Positions 36,369 through 46,405 of a stretch of 64,000 bases of DNA are shown here, in pieces (within the stretch, counting starts at the first letter, position 1; every line of letters begins with the position of its first letter). The notes beneath the pieces were generated by a model. That model made no database searches and had not been told where the DNA came from. It saw nothing but the letters and a program-made list of their open reading frames with translations. The position numbers and the translations under genes were made by a program. Source of the DNA: an uncultured Acidobacteriota bacterium. Lineage in GTDB: Bacteria > Acidobacteriota > Thermoanaerobaculia > Multivoradales > JAHEKO01. The DNA lies in NCBI GenBank assembly GCA_963713825.1, contig CAVQNG010000004.1:256001-320000 (forward strand). The letters are read 5' to 3'.

Positions 36369-36645
36369 GACTCAAGGCGTAATCGATTGAATTGAATTTT
36401 CCACAGCATGCCCAGGCCACTGCCGGGGCTCTACCCCACAAGAAAGGAGCCTTCGAACGCCAAAACACCCGCTGGTGGCCCCTTTCCAAGCCCCTCGAAA
36501 AGCGCTTTTTGAGTGAGCTTGCCCCCTTCGAAACTCTGGATGTCTCGCCACGACCTGAAGTGCCTTCGACCGGCCGGTCGAACAAGCTTCGCCCTGGCAT
36601 TTCTCGAGCCGTTTTTGCGACATCTCAACGATCTCAGGATGTCCT

Positions 36646-36674
36646 AGCTTGCACGAGATCTGGCGGGCTGTCAA
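36646..36674 (-). promoter_or_regulatory. Putative sigma70 promoter of nrdJ
   Basis: Minus-strand TTGACA (36674-36669), 17-nt spacer, then CAAGCT (36651-36646). Confidence 0.5.
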
Positions 36675-36682
36675 GATGAAAA

Positions 36683-36698
36683 CCACTACATATTGTGG
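36683..36698. promoter_or_regulatory. NrdR box
   Basis: CCACTACATATTGTGG fits the NrdR consensus ([16 protein letters not shown]); it lies upstream of nrdJ next to the -35. Confidence 0.8.
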
Positions 36699-36824
36699 TC
36701 TAGCAGCCTGAAAGTGCCTCGATCGAGCCTCTCACCAACCGAGGGCACAGCTCCGAGGGCAGGGGCCCTGAGCCGCAACCTTTTGCGGCTCAATCAGATG
36801 CACCCAGAAGGGCCCAGGAGAGGC

Positions 36825-38255
36825 CTACCCCTGCGATTCGTCACCAGAATTTTCAAGATTTTCTGTCGCCGGGCCCGGGTCACCGGTGCCGAGTGGCTCG
36901 GCGGCACGAACAGCACGCAATTTCTGCCCGATTTCGCCCGAAACCGCCCCGTCCAGCACCAGAATGGCCTCTCTTTCGCTCGATCTGGCGGCCCAGCCAC
37001 CCTCGGGTAGCTGTTCGAGGCTCAAGATCTCCTGCCGTTCTCCATCGGAAAGCGTGATCTCGATGTCGGTATCGCCGGAAGCGACTCGATTACCGCCGAT
37101 CTCGCCAGATCCTCCGACTCGTGCCGCCCTGGCTTCCACCAGCGCATAGAGCAAGTCACTGACTACCGTAAAGGAGATCCTCTCGTCGTCGCGCACCCAA
37201 TCCGCACCGGCGCGTTGGAGCGTCAGCTCTCCCTGATCGTCCAGCACTCGAATGGAGTCGATCTGGTGGGTCTCGAATGTCGTCAGAGCCAGGGAGCGCC
37301 ACGATTCTGGACCCGAGCTCAGGTACTCCGCGAAAGGAGCCGCAGTCTCGAAGACCTGATCACCGAGACGGGCGAAATGCCTCGTTGCCTCCGCAGACGT
37401 GGGTGCCCCCCACTCCAACTGAAAGACTTCGAAACCGCCCGTTGCGCCGACCTCGACCGTGGCGAACACTGGATCGAGACCCATGTCCGCCAGCGGGGCT
37501 TCCGGATCGTCGATGAACTCGTGCACCCTCAACCCGACGAGCGAACCTAGCAGTTCGCTGACTTTCTCTTCGTCCGCCCGGTCCGCGACAGGCTCCTCGA
37601 GCCAGAACGAATCGCCCTTGCGAACCAGTTGCACCGTCGCTGTTGCGCTCCTCAGGGTGACGCTCTCGATGGCGTCTCGCTCCCCCAGGTAGAGGTCTTT
37701 GCTGCGCCAGTCACCAGCCGGGTGAGACAGACTCTCCCACAGGGCGTTGCTCACGACGAGCGGCTGCCCCTCATCCACCCTGACAATCATCGTCTCCGAG
37801 GCGGGAACTTCACTGCCGACGACCAACTCCTGATCGCCCGTGTCGGTGCTCAGCACCAGGCTCGCCCTCGGCGCGTCCAGCCCGGCCTCGGCTGATCCCA
37901 TTCCCTCGAGCTCTCGAGCCGTCTCGAGCGCATCGAGAGCATCCAGCAGCCCGTTGACCAGATCGGCATCGGCGCGGGCCTGCAGAGGCTCTTCGAGGCG
38001 CCATTCGTCTTCGAAAAACCCAAGCGACCCCTCGTCTTCCTCGCTGGCGACATCCGCCGGAACCCGTGTCAACCGGAGGCGTTCGCCCTCCAGCTCGATC
38101 TCGATGGCGTCGATCTCGCCGCGCTCGAAACGGAGGGCCTTCTTGGCCAACTCCCCTCTCTCATCGCTCGAGGGCAGCTGCCGCTCATAGAACCAGATGA
38201 ACGCCAGCAAGGCGACCACAATCGCAAACAGAATCAAGACCGACTTGGGTCGCAT
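36825..38255 (-). CDS. DUF4340-domain protein
   Basis: N-terminal TM, repeated WxLEEP…RAD…V..LL and GLD.P units; last gene of a Gld-type ABC operon. Confidence 0.8.
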   Translation of the reverse strand: MRPKSVLILFAIVVALLAFIWFYERQLPSSDERGELAKKALRFERGEIDAIEIELEGERLRLTRVPADVASEEDEGSLGFFEDEWRLEEPLQARADADLVNGLLDALDALETARELEGMGSAEAGLDAPRASLVLSTDTGDQELVVGSEVPASETMIVRVDEGQPLVVSNALWESLSHPAGDWRSKDLYLGERDAIESVTLRSATATVQLVRKGDSFWLEEPVADRADEEKVSELLGSLVGLRVHEFIDDPEAPLADMGLDPVFATVEVGATGGFEVFQLEWGAPTSAEATRHFARLGDQVFETAAPFAEYLSSGPESWRSLALTTFETHQIDSIRVLDDQGELTLQRAGADWVRDDERISFTVVSDLLYALVEARAARVGGSGEIGGNRVASGDTDIEITLSDGERQEILSLEQLPEGGWAARSSEREAILVLDGAVSGEIGQKLRAVRAAEPLGTGDPGPATENLENSGDESQG

Positions 38256-38258
38256 GGG

Positions 38259-39773
38259 CTACCTCCTGCGCCGCAGGTAGACGGTCACACCGGCCAGGAT
38301 CACCAACCCGGGCAGCACAATCAGCACCAACCAGGTGAGTCTGGACAGCTGCGAGGCTGTCAGGCTGAGCTTGACGTGCTCGGGCCGCTTGGGCGGAATC
38401 CCGACCAGGGACTCCCGCTCCACCAACCAGTTCAGGGTATTGGCCAGCAGGGTCGCGTTCGGGACGTTCTGGAGCTGGGTATTGGTGGCGAGATCGGAAT
38501 CGCCGATGACCACCAACCGCATCTCATTCGAAGGGTCATCCAAAGCGGGCTCTGTGGTCGCCATGTCCTCTCCATCGACCGTAGAGTCTTCTCTTGCAGC
38601 CTCGACTGCAACAGCCAGGGGGACTGGTCCCGCCAGGTCCAAGTCGTCGAAATCCACCTCTTGGAGATTGTCGATACCGGTCTCGCCCCAGCCCTCGGGG
38701 GTGGTGCGCATCAATTCCTGCATGTCGTACCCTTGAACCCCGGGGGCGAGCCCAACCGAGCGCGCCAGAGCGACGACCACCGGCAACTGAGCCTGATCCA
38801 GGCTGCGAACGATCGGGTGATCGCTGTAGGAGGTCACGAAGAGAGTCTCGGCCCCGAAAAATGGCAGCGGGTTCGAAGGATCGACGACGATGTCCTCGCC
38901 GACCAGCACGCCGAAATCGACCAGCAAGGACTCCAGCCCGGTCTCTACCAGGCCGCCCCCTGCAGCGAGGGTCGGGTCCAGGAGCACCAGCATGCGGCCA
39001 CCCGCTGCGATGTAACTGCTCAACATCGCCAGCTCGGGCTCGAGAAACGTCGAATCAGGGCCGGCGATGATCAACAGATCGGTGCCCGACGGCACCTGGG
39101 ATTGGCCGATCGTGGCCCACTCCTCGAGCTCGAAGTTGTCTTTGCCGAGCAGCTCACGGGCCAGCGACATGCCCTCGGGCGAAGCGTCGTCCAGGCTGAG
39201 CTCGCCGTGGCCCGTCGTGAACAGGATCCTGGGTTTCCGACTCTCCATCAGATCGAGCAGTGTGCTGGTGAAGACCTCCTCTCCTTTGAATCCAATGAGC
39301 TGAGGGCCCTGCCCGTATTGCACGCCCGAATAGTCGTAGTCGGCCAGCTCAGTGCCTTCGACGATCCGGCGGTCGTCACCGGTGTCGAACACCACCACAT
39401 TGAGATGGCTGAGCTCGTACTGGTCCACCAGGGTTTGCGCCTCGAGGAGGTTCTTTTCAGGGTCCACGAAGCGCACCCGAATTCGAGACGACCCTGCTTC
39501 ATAGCGGGCCAACTGCTCGCTGGTGGCGCTGAACAGCTCGTCTCCAGGACTCATGAAGACCACGGCCTCGACGTCGCGGTCGAGATCGGCGAGGACGTTG
39601 CCGGTCTTCTCCGACAGCGAGTAGAGCCGGCTCTGGGTCCAGTCGAACCGTTGGTGGTACTTCCAGCCGAAGTAGTTGAGGATGACGAAAAGAGCGAGTG
39701 CCAGTGCGACACCGGCGCCGAGAAGCGAACCGGAAAGGACTCTTTGCCGCGAGCTTTTATCGAATCTGGCCAT
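38259..39773 (-). CDS. GldG-family ABC auxiliary component
   Basis: RFDWTQSRLYSLS, FTTGHGE, LVVIGDSD and NTLNWL. Confidence 0.88.
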   Translation of the reverse strand: MARFDKSSRQRVLSGSLLGAGVALALALFVILNYFGWKYHQRFDWTQSRLYSLSEKTGNVLADLDRDVEAVVFMSPGDELFSATSEQLARYEAGSSRIRVRFVDPEKNLLEAQTLVDQYELSHLNVVVFDTGDDRRIVEGTELADYDYSGVQYGQGPQLIGFKGEEVFTSTLLDLMESRKPRILFTTGHGELSLDDASPEGMSLARELLGKDNFELEEWATIGQSQVPSGTDLLIIAGPDSTFLEPELAMLSSYIAAGGRMLVLLDPTLAAGGGLVETGLESLLVDFGVLVGEDIVVDPSNPLPFFGAETLFVTSYSDHPIVRSLDQAQLPVVVALARSVGLAPGVQGYDMQELMRTTPEGWGETGIDNLQEVDFDDLDLAGPVPLAVAVEAAREDSTVDGEDMATTEPALDDPSNEMRLVVIGDSDLATNTQLQNVPNATLLANTLNWLVERESLVGIPPKRPEHVKLSLTASQLSRLTWLVLIVLPGLVILAGVTVYLRRRR

Positions 39774-39777
39774 CGGT

Positions 39778-40518
39778 CTATCTCCACTTCCTGGACTCGA
39801 GAGCCCGCGCCGACAGAAAGACGAAGAGCACGGTTGCCGAGAGGTAGTACACGAGATGTCGAGTGTCGACGATGCCCTTGCCGAGCTCCGCCATGTGCTG
39901 CCAGAGGTTCAGATAGGAGAGCGCCTCACGGATGGGTGCATCGCTGAACAGATTCTCGAGAAGCCCGAAGGTGAACAGGGGAATGAGCATCGCGAAAGTC
40001 AGGATGGCGGCCACCAGTTGACTCTTCGTCAGAGAGGAGGCGAGGAGCCCGACCGACAAAAACAGGGCTCCAATCCCCAACACGCCGAGGTATCCGGCCA
40101 GCACTGGACCCCAGTCCACCTCACTGTAGTAGGCCAACAGTGCCGGGTAGGCCAGCGTCGGGAGCCAGAGAAAGCAGTAGAACAGCAGTGCCGCGAGGTA
40201 TTTCCCCGTCACCACTTGGCCTTCGGTGACCGGAGCGGTCATCAGCACCTCGATGGTGCCACTGCGGCGCTCCTCGCTCAGCAGGCGCATCGTCAGCACC
40301 GGCGCCACGAAGAGCAGCACCAGCCAGAAGTAGAGCGTCTGCCCGAAGAACAGCTCCAGGGGAGCTCCGAACTGAGCCCGCGGGTCGTTCAGATAACTGA
40401 CAATCAACCAGAAGACCAAGCCGTTGACCACGAGCAGCAGCGCCGCCACGATGTAGGCCAGCGGTGAAAAGAAGAAGGCTCTGAGCTCTCGACCCATGAC
40501 GGAGAGGATGCCCTTCAT
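39778..40518 (-). CDS. ABC transporter permease (GldF-like)
   Basis: RELRAFFFSPLAY, TMRLLSEERRSGTIEVLMTAP and GKYLA. Confidence 0.9.
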   Translation of the reverse strand: MKGILSVMGRELRAFFFSPLAYIVAALLLVVNGLVFWLIVSYLNDPRAQFGAPLELFFGQTLYFWLVLLFVAPVLTMRLLSEERRSGTIEVLMTAPVTEGQVVTGKYLAALLFYCFLWLPTLAYPALLAYYSEVDWGPVLAGYLGVLGIGALFLSVGLLASSLTKSQLVAAILTFAMLIPLFTFGLLENLFSDAPIREALSYLNLWQHMAELGKGIVDTRHLVYYLSATVLFVFLSARALESRKWR

Positions 40519-41513
40519 GACGGCACCTCCTCTTGCCCTTGCTTTCGAGCGCCATCGTCAACCTCGACCTGGACGCTGCCGGCGACAGGCTCCTGGGTCG
40601 TGAGGCGCACGAAGATGTCCTCGAGCGAAGCCTGCTCCCGCGCCAGCTCCAACAGCACCCAGCCCCTCTCCTTGGCGGCCTCGAAGACCGCTTGCCGCGG
40701 ATCGGCGCCTTTGGTGCATTCGAGCCGGTAGCAGCTGGCATCGCCTGCCAGGACCTCGATGTCGACGACCCCCGGCAGCCTGCCGAGAATCGCCAGCGCC
40801 TCCTCGGGCCCCGCTTTGAGCTCGACTCGGAGAATGGTGTTTCCGACCCAGCTGTCCTGCAGATCCCGGGGCGAGCCCTCGGCGACGATCCGGCCCCGAT
40901 CGATGATGATGACCCGATCGCACAGCAGCTCGACCTCCGGCAGGATGTGGCTCGACAGCAGCAGCGTCTGCTTGTGTCCCAACTCCCGGATCAACTCCCG
41001 AATGGCGATGATCTGCTTGGGGTCGAGACCGACGGTCGGCTCGTCCAGGACCAGAACGCTCGGTTGATGCAGGATGGCGGCCGCCAGGCCCACCCGCTGC
41101 CGATAGCCCTTGGAGAGGGTTCCGATGATCTGGTTTTCCACCTCTTCGAGAAAGCAGCTCTGCACGGCCTCGGAGATCCTCGACTTCGATTCGCCCCGAC
41201 CCAGGCCCTCCAACATCGCCCGGTAGTGCAGGTACTCGGAGACCCGCATCTCCGGGTAGAGAGCGACGTTCTCGGGTAGATATCCCACCTCGCGCCGTGC
41301 CGCCACGGGGTCACTGAACAAATCCCTGCCGCCTACGGTCAGGTGACCGTCGGTCGGCGGCAGAAAGCCGGTGATCATTCGTAGCGTCGTCGTCTTGCCG
41401 GCGCCATTGGGGCCGAGCATGCCGACGATCTCGCCTTCGTCCACGGTGAACGAGATTCCGTCGACGGCGGTGAACTCGCCGTACCGCCGAGTCAGGTCTT
41501 GCGCATCAATCAT
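40515..41513 (-). CDS. ABC transporter ATP-binding protein (GldA-like)
   Basis: GPNGAGKTT, LSKGYRQR and LDEPTVGLDP. Confidence 0.95.
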   Translation of the reverse strand: MIDAQDLTRRYGEFTAVDGISFTVDEGEIVGMLGPNGAGKTTTLRMITGFLPPTDGHLTVGGRDLFSDPVAARREVGYLPENVALYPEMRVSEYLHYRAMLEGLGRGESKSRISEAVQSCFLEEVENQIIGTLSKGYRQRVGLAAAILHQPSVLVLDEPTVGLDPKQIIAIRELIRELGHKQTLLLSSHILPEVELLCDRVIIIDRGRIVAEGSPRDLQDSWVGNTILRVELKAGPEEALAILGRLPGVVDIEVLAGDASCYRLECTKGADPRQAVFEAAKERGWVLLELAREQASLEDIFVRLTTQEPVAGSVQVEVDDGARKQGQEEVPS

Positions 41514-41666
41514 CCTTGACGTTCCCTCCTGCCGATGAGGTTCAATGCCGCGATCGAATGGATCGAAATTGCCAACAGGCCAGGACCGACCTGTTCTCAG
41601 TCGGAGATTTATAGCAAATCACTCTCACCCGGTGAAGGGCCCAGGGGGCAGTGATAGGCTCGTGAC

Positions 41667-41975
41667 GTGGCAACGGACGACAAAACCACCGGCATGAAGT
41701 CGGCCTACGACCTGGCTCTCGAGAGACTCGAGCGACAGGGCATCGACAAGCCCCGGGACGGCAGTTTCACCGCCGAGACAAGAGAGCAGATCGCCGAGCT
41801 TCGCAACCAGGCCGAGGCCAAGCTCGCCGAGCTCGAAATCCTCTTTCGCGACAGTCTCGTGAAGATCGGAGACCCTGCAGACAGGGCCAAGGCCGAAGAG
41901 GAGTATGCGGCAGAACGGAGGCGCGTCGAAGCCCGGCGGGACAGGGACATCGAGCGGCTTCGCTCACAAGCTTGA
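41667..41975 (+). CDS. Hypothetical helical protein
   Basis: MKSAYDLALERL…QIAELRNQAEAKLAELEIL; fills the gap between divergent and convergent genes. Confidence 0.7.
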   Translation: MATDDKTTGMKSAYDLALERLERQGIDKPRDGSFTAETREQIAELRNQAEAKLAELEILFRDSLVKIGDPADRAKAEEEYAAERRRVEARRDRDIERLRSQA

Positions 41976-41988
41976 GTCCCACTTCCTT

Positions 41989-43620
41989 CTAGTTCTGGGG
42001 AAACATCTCCAGAAAAGACCGCGTCGCGTCGCTACTGCCGCAGACGTAGATGACATCCTCGGCCGCGAAGCTGAAATCCGGCCCGAACTCCATAACCAGC
42101 GCTTCGCCCCGCTCGACCGCCACGACCGAGCAGCCCGTCTTTTGACGGATGTCCAGCTGTGTCGGATGCTTGCCGACCAGTCCCCCGGTTCCGACTTTCA
42201 GCACCTTGAGCTGCGGATCGACAGAGACGGCTTCTTCGCCCAGCAGACGTCGGGCCAGGATCTGACCCGAAACCTGGCCGATCGAAAGAGAGAAATCGGC
42301 CCCCGCCCGATGGATGCGCTCCACGTTCTCGGCCCGGTTGACGCGCGCGATGACCGGCACATGGGGTGCCAGGTCCTTGACGATGACCGTCGCGAACATG
42401 GTCGCGCTGTCGGTGTCGACGGCCAGAATCACGGCCTTGGCAGAACCGACCCCTGCCTGCTCGAGGATCCTCGAATCGAGCACGTCGCCGACGACGTTCA
42501 CACCCTCCCTCTTCTCCCGATCGATGACGACGACTTCTTCGCCGACGTCGGTCAGCAGCTCGACCACCTTGCCACCGACCTCGCCGAAACCGGCCACGAC
42601 GACCGGGCCATGACGGCGCAGCGGCTTGGCCTCGTCGCACAGCTCCTCGAACTTCTGAATGCTCGTTGGGCTCCCGACCAGAACCAGAATGCCATCGGGC
42701 TCCAACCGCATATCCGCCGTCGGCGGGGCCACCAGGCGGCCACCGACCCACTGTCCAATGACAGAGATGCCGGTCCGCTGTCCGAGACCGGCTTCGGCGA
42801 GCGTCTGCCCAGCCAGGCTGCTGTTCTTCGGGATTCTCACCTCGCTGACCTTCAGCCTGGGGCCCACCTGCTGCGCATCCGCGAGGGTGGGGCTGACTCG
42901 CTGACTGGCGCGAGCCGCCAGAGCGGCGCCCAGGACGTGACGAGGGGTGTAGGTCGCAGTGGCACCCGCCAGCATGATCGGTTTGCGATGGAAAGGATCC
43001 TCGACGAGTGCCAGCGCTTCGCCTTCGAAGCCCGACTGACGGGCAGCCAGAATCACCGCTGCATCCTCGTCGTCCGTGCTGTTGGCGATCAGGGTCCTCG
43101 CCTTCTCGAGGCAGACCCGACTCAAGACGCCATCATCCAGGCTTCCTGACACGACCTTATGCCCCTCCCCTATGAGACGTCGAGCCGTGCTCTCGTCGTC
43201 CTCGATGATGACGGTCGAAATCGAGGCTCGCTCCAGCTGATCGATCAGCGTCGACACTGCTGGGCCGAACCGGTAGATCACGACGTGATCACTTTCGTTC
43301 GGCGCCTCCTTGGGTAGCCGGACCTCGAACCGCTCCTCCAGATAGGGAATGAGATAGACCGGGAAGATCATGAAGATCAGGAAGACGCCCAGGAACTGCA
43401 GTAAGACCACGAACAGGACCATGACCGGGCTCGTCCAGGTCTCGTCGGCGCCATATCCCGTCGTCGAGAGCGTCTCCGCAACGAACTCGAGACTCCGCCA
43501 GAAGCCCCGCGTCTCTCCCTCGAGCCGACTCATCCCCACCATGTAGATGAGTGAGCACACCACCAGTAGCAGGATGAGAGATCCCATCAGTGCGAGGAGG
43601 CGCTTCTGGGAGCGGAGCAT
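41989..43620 (-). CDS. Potassium channel protein with tandem RCK (TrkA-N/TrkA-C) domains
   Basis: Two TM helices with pore motif TLSTTGYG, then two Rossmann plus TrkA-C repeats (VAGFGEVG). Confidence 0.88.
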   Translation of the reverse strand: MLRSQKRLLALMGSLILLLVVCSLIYMVGMSRLEGETRGFWRSLEFVAETLSTTGYGADETWTSPVMVLFVVLLQFLGVFLIFMIFPVYLIPYLEERFEVRLPKEAPNESDHVVIYRFGPAVSTLIDQLERASISTVIIEDDESTARRLIGEGHKVVSGSLDDGVLSRVCLEKARTLIANSTDDEDAAVILAARQSGFEGEALALVEDPFHRKPIMLAGATATYTPRHVLGAALAARASQRVSPTLADAQQVGPRLKVSEVRIPKNSSLAGQTLAEAGLGQRTGISVIGQWVGGRLVAPPTADMRLEPDGILVLVGSPTSIQKFEELCDEAKPLRRHGPVVVAGFGEVGGKVVELLTDVGEEVVVIDREKREGVNVVGDVLDSRILEQAGVGSAKAVILAVDTDSATMFATVIVKDLAPHVPVIARVNRAENVERIHRAGADFSLSIGQVSGQILARRLLGEEAVSVDPQLKVLKVGTGGLVGKHPTQLDIRQKTGCSVVAVERGEALVMEFGPDFSFAAEDVIYVCGSSDATRSFLEMFPQN

Positions 43621-43667
43621 GGGCAGATTGTAACTGTTTCGCCCGCCGCCGAACGGCAGCGGGCTCG

Positions 43668-43817
43668 AGGGCGTAGGGGCGTAGGGGCCTAAGGGCCCAG
43701 GCAGTGAGGGATGAGGTGGCCGGCGTTCCTTCGGCCGGTCTTTGAGGGCTTGGGGCTTGGGAAATGTAGGGGCGGGGCTTGCCCCCGCCCGCGGGAGGGC
43801 GCAAGGCCCTCCCCTAC
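43668..43817. repeat. Mosaic intergenic repeat: (G)TAGGGGC tract, ~46-bp hairpin unit and REP doublet
   Basis: AGGGCGTAGGGGCGTAGGGGCCTAAGGG; GAGGTGGCCGGCGTTCCTTCGGCCGGTCTTTGAGGGCTTGGGG; GTAGGGGCGGGGCTTGCCCCCGCCC-GC-GGGAGGGCGCAAGGCCCTCCCCTAC (43766-43817). Confidence 0.85.
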
Positions 43818-43853
43818 ATCGGATTGACGAGGCCTGGAACAGGGCGTTCTATT

Positions 43854-44618
43854 TCAGGATTCTCGGTCCCCATCGCCGTACCAGTACTCACGGACCTTGT
43901 CGTCGATTGTCTCTGGGGGCCGAAACAGGCCGGGGACGAGACCGAAGATCATCGTGAAGTAATGCCAGTCACCATAGCGGTCGAACTTGCGCATCGAGCC
44001 GAGAGCCTTGGCGGAACGGACCCGGGCCAACCTTTGGCCCCGCTGACGCCCGACTCGCCTGAGGTCGACCAGCAGCTGGACATCCTCCCCGAAGTAGCGC
44101 CGCTCGTCGTAACCGCCGATGGCACGGAAGTCGGCCGACGAGCAAAAGACCACCCCTGTGTCCATTTTCAGGACCCACACCCAGGGCACCATTACAGCGT
44201 AGGTTGCGGCGATTCCCAGCGACCACCTCTCCAAGCGCACTCCGGTGGCGCCAGCCACCACCTTTCCGGTGGCCAAACTGTCTTCGATGGCGTTGAACGT
44301 CTCGGGGTGGATCCTCATATCGGCATCCACGAAGGCCAGTAAGTCGCCATTCGCGACCGCCGCGCCGCCATTCCTGACCGCAGCGATTCGGCGCTCGGCG
44401 ACCGCTTCAACAACACACCCCCGTTGCCTGGCAATTTGCGCGGTAGCGTCGGTGGAATCGTTGTCCGCCACGATCACCTCGATCGAGTCAACTCCTCCAC
44501 GGTAGGCGGCCCGAGCTGCTTCGACCGTTTCGAGCAGACGTGGCAGGTACCCTGCCTCGTTGTAGGCGGGGATGACCAGCGAAAATCGTGGCTCTCGCAC
44601 TCCACCATGGTAGTCCAA
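43854..44618 (-). CDS. Family 2 glycosyltransferase
   Basis: SLVIPAYNE, ADNDSTD, RNGGA, FVDAD and GGYDE..FGEDV. Confidence 0.9.
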   Translation of the reverse strand: MDYHGGVREPRFSLVIPAYNEAGYLPRLLETVEAARAAYRGGVDSIEVIVADNDSTDATAQIARQRGCVVEAVAERRIAAVRNGGAAVANGDLLAFVDADMRIHPETFNAIEDSLATGKVVAGATGVRLERWSLGIAATYAVMVPWVWVLKMDTGVVFCSSADFRAIGGYDERRYFGEDVQLLVDLRRVGRQRGQRLARVRSAKALGSMRKFDRYGDWHYFTMIFGLVPGLFRPPETIDDKVREYWYGDGDRES

Positions 44619-44658
44619 GCGATGAAGGCTTGGCGTCGAGTCAAGCTAGACTCTGGGC

Positions 44659-45033
44659 ATGGCTGTGCGGTTGGACAAGTGGCTGCAGGTGGCGCGGGTG
44701 TTCAAGACCCGGACCCAGGCGACGCGCGCCTGCAACCTGGGGCGAGTCCGAGTCAATGGGCAGGTGGTCAAACCGCACCGTAATCTGGCGCTGGATGACG
44801 AGGTGGAGATCGAGATTCGGGACTGGACTCGAGTCCTCGTGGTCAAAGAGCTACGCGACCGCCCCTTGCCGAAGGCCGAAGCACCGAGGGTCTTCGAGGA
44901 TCTGAGTCCGCCCAAGCCAACTCTCGATCCTATTCAGCGAATTCTGCGCGGCAGGCCGGTGCAGCGCGAAAAGGGTGCCGGCCGTCCAACCAAGCGCGAC
45001 CGCCGGGACATCGACCGCTGGCGATCCGGTTAG
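44659..45033 (+). CDS. hslR: S4-domain ribosome-associated heat shock protein Hsp15
   Basis: VRLDKWLQVARVFKTR and REKGAGRPTKRDRR. Confidence 0.9.
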   Translation: MAVRLDKWLQVARVFKTRTQATRACNLGRVRVNGQVVKPHRNLALDDEVEIEIRDWTRVLVVKELRDRPLPKAEAPRVFEDLSPPKPTLDPIQRILRGRPVQREKGAGRPTKRDRRDIDRWRSG

Positions 45034-45333
45034 CCTTCGTTCGCACGGCTATCTGCTCTTGAGCAAGTCCGGGATCCGGGCGGCGGGTACTGTTGAAATC
45101 CGGCTCGATACCGAGCACCTCTACTCGTTTGTATCCCAGCTCGAACGACCAGGTCTTGTCGACAGTCTGACCAAGGCAATCTCCCCGAAGGCGCAGCGCC
45201 AGTTGACGGCCCTCGTGATGCGGGACACTCTCAGGCGTTGCATCCCAATCTGACTGGCTCAAAGAACGAGCGCTTTGCTGTCTCTCCGTTTCTGGCGTCA
45301 ACCATTGGCAGAACAACTTCTACTGCGGCCCGC

Positions 45334-45840
45334 TTACTTGACTTCACGCTGTGGTAGTACCCATTCCGGTCTCAGGTAGTGGCAGGTGTAGCCGGTGGGA
45401 TAACGCTCGAGATAGTCCTGATGCTCGGGCTCGGCCTCCCAGAAATCGCCGACAGGCTCGAGCTCTGTTACCACTTTACCCGGCCATAGGCCCGAGGCTT
45501 CTACATCGGCAATGGTGTCGAGGGCGACTTGTCTTTGCGCCTCGTCGACATAGTAGATCGCCGACCGATAGGACAGTCCCGAGTCATTGCCCTGCCGGTT
45601 GACGGTTGTAGGGTCGTGGATCTGGAAGAAGAACTCCAGAATGCGGCGATACGAAATCCTCTCCGGGTCGAACAGAATCTCGATTCCCTCGGCATGCGTG
45701 CCGTGGTTGCGGTAGGTGGCGTTGGGGACATCGCCGCCGGTGTAGCCCACTCGGGTGGCCTCGATCCCCGGCAATTCTCGAATCAGATCTTGCATGCCCC
45801 AGAAGCAGCCGCCCGCCAGAACAGCGCGTTCCTGTGCCAT
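45334..45840 (-). CDS. msrA: Peptide-methionine (S)-S-oxide reductase
   Basis: GGCFWG, GYTGG, HDPTT and AEPEHQDY. Confidence 0.97.
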   Translation of the reverse strand: MAQERAVLAGGCFWGMQDLIRELPGIEATRVGYTGGDVPNATYRNHGTHAEGIEILFDPERISYRRILEFFFQIHDPTTVNRQGNDSGLSYRSAIYYVDEAQRQVALDTIADVEASGLWPGKVVTELEPVGDFWEAEPEHQDYLERYPTGYTCHYLRPEWVLPQREVK

Positions 45841-46286
45841 TAGTTGTCCTCCACTTGATCCAGGTACTCGCCATAGCCCTCTGCTTGCATGTCATCGCGA
45901 TGGATGAATCGCAGGGAGGCAGAATTGATGCAGTAGCGTAAACCACCGCGATCGCTGGGGCCGTCCGGAAAGACGTGCCCCAGGTGGCTGTCGCCGTGCA
46001 CCGAGCGGACTTCGGTTCGCACCATGCCATGGCTGCGGTCCTTGAGCTCGTTGACATGAGCCGGCTCGATCGGTTTGGCAAAACTCGGCCAGCCGCAACC
46101 CGATTCGAACTTGTCTGACGACGCGAACAGGGGTTCGCCCGACACGACATCGACATAGATGCCCGGCTCGAAATTGGCAAGATACTCGCCGGTGCCTGGT
46201 TGCTCGGTGCCGCTCTGCTGGGTCACACGGAACTGTTCCGAAGTCAGGGCGGCTATGGCGCCAGCGGATTTCTTGTAGGTGGTCAT
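45840..46286 (-). CDS. msrB: Peptide-methionine (R)-S-oxide reductase
   Basis: [17 protein letters not shown] and RYCINSASL. Confidence 0.97.
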   Translation of the reverse strand: MTTYKKSAGAIAALTSEQFRVTQQSGTEQPGTGEYLANFEPGIYVDVVSGEPLFASSDKFESGCGWPSFAKPIEPAHVNELKDRSHGMVRTEVRSVHGDSHLGHVFPDGPSDRGGLRYCINSASLRFIHRDDMQAEGYGEYLDQVEDN

Positions 46287-46405
46287 TCAATTCTCCTCGA
46301 TAGGCCGCTGTTGGGCATTGTCGAGTTGCACGCCCGCGATTCAAGTGTAGCTCGATATCTCGCTATGCCTGCAAAGCACTCAGCTTCGTGCCGAGGCTGG
46401 TCCCT

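Noticed and set aside
34365-36395. 676-aa plus-strand ORF (likewise 22895-24487, 38376-39947, 47796-48998, 50698-52491)
   Set aside because: Shadow ORFs opposite well-supported genes, typical of high-GC codon bias, with no recognisable motifs.
36369-36640. Cobalamin riboswitch upstream of nrdJ
   Set aside because: No B12-box or other conserved core recognised by eye.
45334-46286. Selenocysteine forms of MsrA/MsrB
   Set aside because: Both have normal Cys codons at the catalytic motifs and no in-frame UGA.
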